Shown in pieces: positions 35,801 through 37,557 of a DNA stretch of 37,557 nucleotides. The DNA lies in contig CAYFHS010000020.1 of the NCBI GenBank assembly GCA_964342815.1, forward strand, positions 37,894-75,450, written 5' to 3'. Position 1 is the stretch's first letter. Every line of letters starts with the position of its first letter. The translations under genes were made by a program, and so were the position numbers. The DNA is from an uncultured archaeon. GTDB taxonomy: Archaea; Thermoplasmatota; Penumbrarchaeia; JASLWR01. The notes below the pieces were generated by a model that worked only from the letters and a program-made list of their open reading frames with translations, ran no database searches and had not been told where the DNA came from.

Positions 35801-36771
35801 AATGCTCTAGCGAAGGTTTCGAATGCCGGAATCAGAAACTTATCCATTGATGCAATACTTAGTGCCATCTCCGTGATGTAGCCTTGATCGTAAATCTCAA
35901 TGTAACGTTCCACGATATTTATGGCTACATCCAGGGATGACGAAAGCGGTTTTTCCGATATGAAAGACAATGCTCTCTGGTAATCCCATCCCGCGGCGGG
36001 AACTTCATCGGAGGCTCCGATGAAAAACTTTGCGTATTGCCGTATCTGATAAGCCGATTCCAGATAACCGAAATAACAAACGTCAGCGGCAATAATTTCG
36101 AATTCGGCACTATGACTTTCCTTCAATTCCGAGAGTACCGATGATAATTCCCACATTTTGAGATCGTCGCTGCCGCTGCTCCAATCCTTGCAGAATCCCC
36201 TGGTCGTCCCGTTTCCGGAATCTCCTCTCCGCTTGAAGAGACCACTTCCATGATCCCACATTACGAGAATATATCTTCTGGCTGGGTAGTTATCTATACC
36301 CCATTCCAAGAAATCACTTAGAGTATCGGGATTCCCCATGTTCAGTTCACCAAGGGAATCGTTTACAGGTGGAGTATTGATTGTAAGGGGATCGAAATCC
36401 TGCTGTACCAGGAACCGTCTCGTATCGGTCCAGTCCCCGTTACTTGCATCATGTCCTGATATTCTGTCGAACTGTACCACAATATTGAGGTCCGGACCGC
36501 TCCCTACCATCTCCATCTCGTTGAAATCGGATATGGCCACATCTTCCAGGTTATTGTCAGCTGCCATGTATACGAAAACGGTCCATTCCTTTTCAGCTCG
36601 GCCCCTTTCTCTTGATTCATGTTTTCCTGTTTCACTATGGAAACTGACAACCGAGGGAACCAATGTTACCATGCCTATCATGACAAAAAACATCAGTACC
36701 GTTGGAAAGCGTCTGGAAATTAGTTTGGTGGGGAAATTACCCCGCTTTTGTTTTGATTTTAGATCGGACAT
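32815..36771 (-). CDS. Membrane-anchored clostripain-family (C11) cysteine peptidase with Ig-like, GATase-like and PKD domains
   Basis: EWTVFVYMAADNNLE, LNMGNP, catalytic WDHGSG and ADVCYF, then E.P..GWDY. KKLLIDLGHG domain; several WDFGDG PKD motifs; TM plus a K-rich/acidic tail. GGTGA SD. Confidence 0.88.
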   Translation of the reverse strand: MSDLKSKQKRGNFPTKLISRRFPTVLMFFVMIGMVTLVPSVVSFHSETGKHESRERGRAEKEWTVFVYMAADNNLEDVAISDFNEMEMVGSGPDLNIVVQFDRISGHDASNGDWTDTRRFLVQQDFDPLTINTPPVNDSLGELNMGNPDTLSDFLEWGIDNYPARRYILVMWDHGSGLFKRRGDSGNGTTRGFCKDWSSGSDDLKMWELSSVLSELKESHSAEFEIIAADVCYFGYLESAYQIRQYAKFFIGASDEVPAAGWDYQRALSFISEKPLSSSLDVAINIVERYIEIYDQGYITEMALSIASMDKFLIPAFETFARALISSTYHYSSEIRSARRQADSPRSRYVDLYSFAQIIKDDVSLPLSLKQKATELTVALKDSVVAYGTGSDHPNSLGLAIWFPEKILSSSYYNTYLRNFDFSETPWIDFLKEYDSPTPISIDHVPLGDTENVNGPYIFEATVHAPTGSIASVVLNYSIDGVNFNPVDFLFQEDIYRAVLDISVNDVTLYYYIQLFLSDNSTYTEPVNAEPTIPGTLFNFWVGLDLTPPTIIHFPVEYITETENSYTMIATITDNMGIDINRTSLNYMVNSSAPGTPITRIPLEQVTNTIFQGDIPPYPCYTKIYYWFETQDISMVGNSARDPVEGQYLSTYVQTKKKLLIDLGHGNSMNYNTITQEFLAENFELEILNKRAYGEELDGFDLYISTGPTETFTTGEISAIENFLINGSSVFIMGGGENDISLPITSMGGISWTNSQAPGRGNTSNINRSLEKFDYVETIYYDRHNKVPEGGDHTVLKSENNESLSVYSSIGKGRLAVISDGILSDGNISKEGEYSPYDNFEFARSLLHLLIDNRKPVPLIEIKETLELPKVVEVNTPYSFSGLGSYDLDGPIANYTWEINGRNIGYDTQITYTFTESGNYDLNLHVKDFEDTWSHASERYVANLPPEPRIEAVLNLTGPLDLVDTGVKVKGGENIHFKSLSVDIDGLIIKEIWDFGDGSKLVENESTVVHSFVKKGNFLVTLTVWDNHMIERSMSVLFNISNAPPVVVIEVQRSGKEDDTIYMSAINSYDPNDPSDVFYKSVRWDFGDGTGKNYSLSAEHVYRKAGTYNITLYITDLDLDEPMTAFDVEEIRIDNRPPVANATDIHKKGATITFSAINSTDTPSDYDSLQYMWDFGDGKVGHGVSVVHHFKSDGNYTVVLTVTDDDGANDSAILYVTITSTSEMRINFYAAAAFVFLLILLIVIWVNPSFLRQSVKGTEPAAKKDPIKKIAKKKRIKIKKIAGENGVGVEIEPENKNESSEAMIEVEDTGDTVIGDET

Positions 36772-36793
36772 GTTTCACCTTAAAAAATTTATC

Positions 36794-37552
36794 TTATTTG
36801 CCGGTGGGACCACCTTTATGGTTTTTGGATTTTACATTTTTTACGTTAATACTGGAATCGGATTCCCCACTATCCCCCGATTTAGGTTGATATTTCTTTC
36901 CCACCAATACGAACCAGATGAAAAATAGAAACAGAACGAAAATCAATTGTCCTGTTTTCCACCACCATATGTGGATAGCGTCCCATGTTTCACGGCCGTA
37001 TGCCTTGGCTATGGGCCAGTTCAAAACCAAACGGATGATATTTTCGATATACAATATACCGCAAAGTATTCCGATCCATTTCAACCGCTTTTTTATATTC
37101 ATTCTTAAACGGAATCCCATGATGAATCCCATAAGCAAAGCAGTTATGAATATCATTTCCAGAACCGCAGTGCAGTCGGGTATTACAATAAGAGTACCCA
37201 GAGGTTCGGGGTATACGAGACCAGTAACTTTATCCAGTTCAACCGGGATCGAAAATAATTTCGAAACGTAATACGTAAGACGTACCGTAATGAATTGAAT
37301 GATCAGAAAAGGTTTCCAGCTCCAGCCCTGTGCCCCTCCGGTATTATACCATTTATCCCAAAGGTATAGTATAAACCGCCCCGCAAGATAGGAGGGAAAT
37401 ACCCAGATGACAAGATAGAAGAAAATCCTCATGCCTCTCATCATTAGAACTGCAGGGGGAATGTCATCTTCTTCCTTCTTTACAATATCACACTTCTTTC
37501 TTTTAATTCCTTTTTTTTGTATATTCTTATTTTTTGAATTCTTTTTTTCCAC
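36794..37552 (-). CDS. Exosortase/archaeosortase-family transpeptidase
   Basis: Multi-TM protein with the Cys-Arg-His triad in family order: IIPDCTA, ENIIRL, AIHIWW. The start (GTG) is at the window edge and may lie further upstream. Confidence 0.75.
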   Translation of the reverse strand: MEKKNSKNKNIQKKGIKRKKCDIVKKEEDDIPPAVLMMRGMRIFFYLVIWVFPSYLAGRFILYLWDKWYNTGGAQGWSWKPFLIIQFITVRLTYYVSKLFSIPVELDKVTGLVYPEPLGTLIVIPDCTAVLEMIFITALLMGFIMGFRLRMNIKKRLKWIGILCGILYIENIIRLVLNWPIAKAYGRETWDAIHIWWWKTGQLIFVLFLFFIWFVLVGKKYQPKSGDSGESDSSINVKNVKSKNHKGGPTGK

Positions 37553-37557
37553 TTTTA

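Overview
Archaeal chromosomal window, most likely an uncultured Thermoplasmatota lineage. This is an inference from the DUF6015-like gene, DWG-type Hanks kinases, archaellin, archaeosortase-like gene, GGTGA-type Shine-Dalgarno sites and extracellular peptidases. All calls come from reading motifs by eye; no database search was run. The window is dominated by large membrane-anchored surface proteins: a TSP3-like Ca-binding repeat protein, a DUF2341/Ig protein, two tandem receptor-like Ser/Thr kinases of about 2750 and 1640 aa, and a clostripain-PKD protein. It also carries a rhomboid, a zincin, an archaeosortase-like protein, queE, a pssA-like gene, an arlD/E-archaellin pair, an AT-rich two-gene ATPase cassette and tRNA-Val(GAC). 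The strongest unexplained signals are four. (1) A 226-bp insert between two copies of the tRNA-Val 5' end, containing three tandem ~62-nt two-hairpin modules with compensatory base changes; this is a candidate new structured RNA or mini-element. (2) A multi-histone-fold protein whose first fold is missed by the ORF track because it appears to start at ATA behind a near-perfect anti-16S match. (3) An archaellin with three Fn3-like domains inserted, and receptor kinases with beta-propeller/PKD ectodomains, one of them also carrying a MAM domain. (4) A catalytically eroded AroD-like protein with a ~110-aa acidic insertion.
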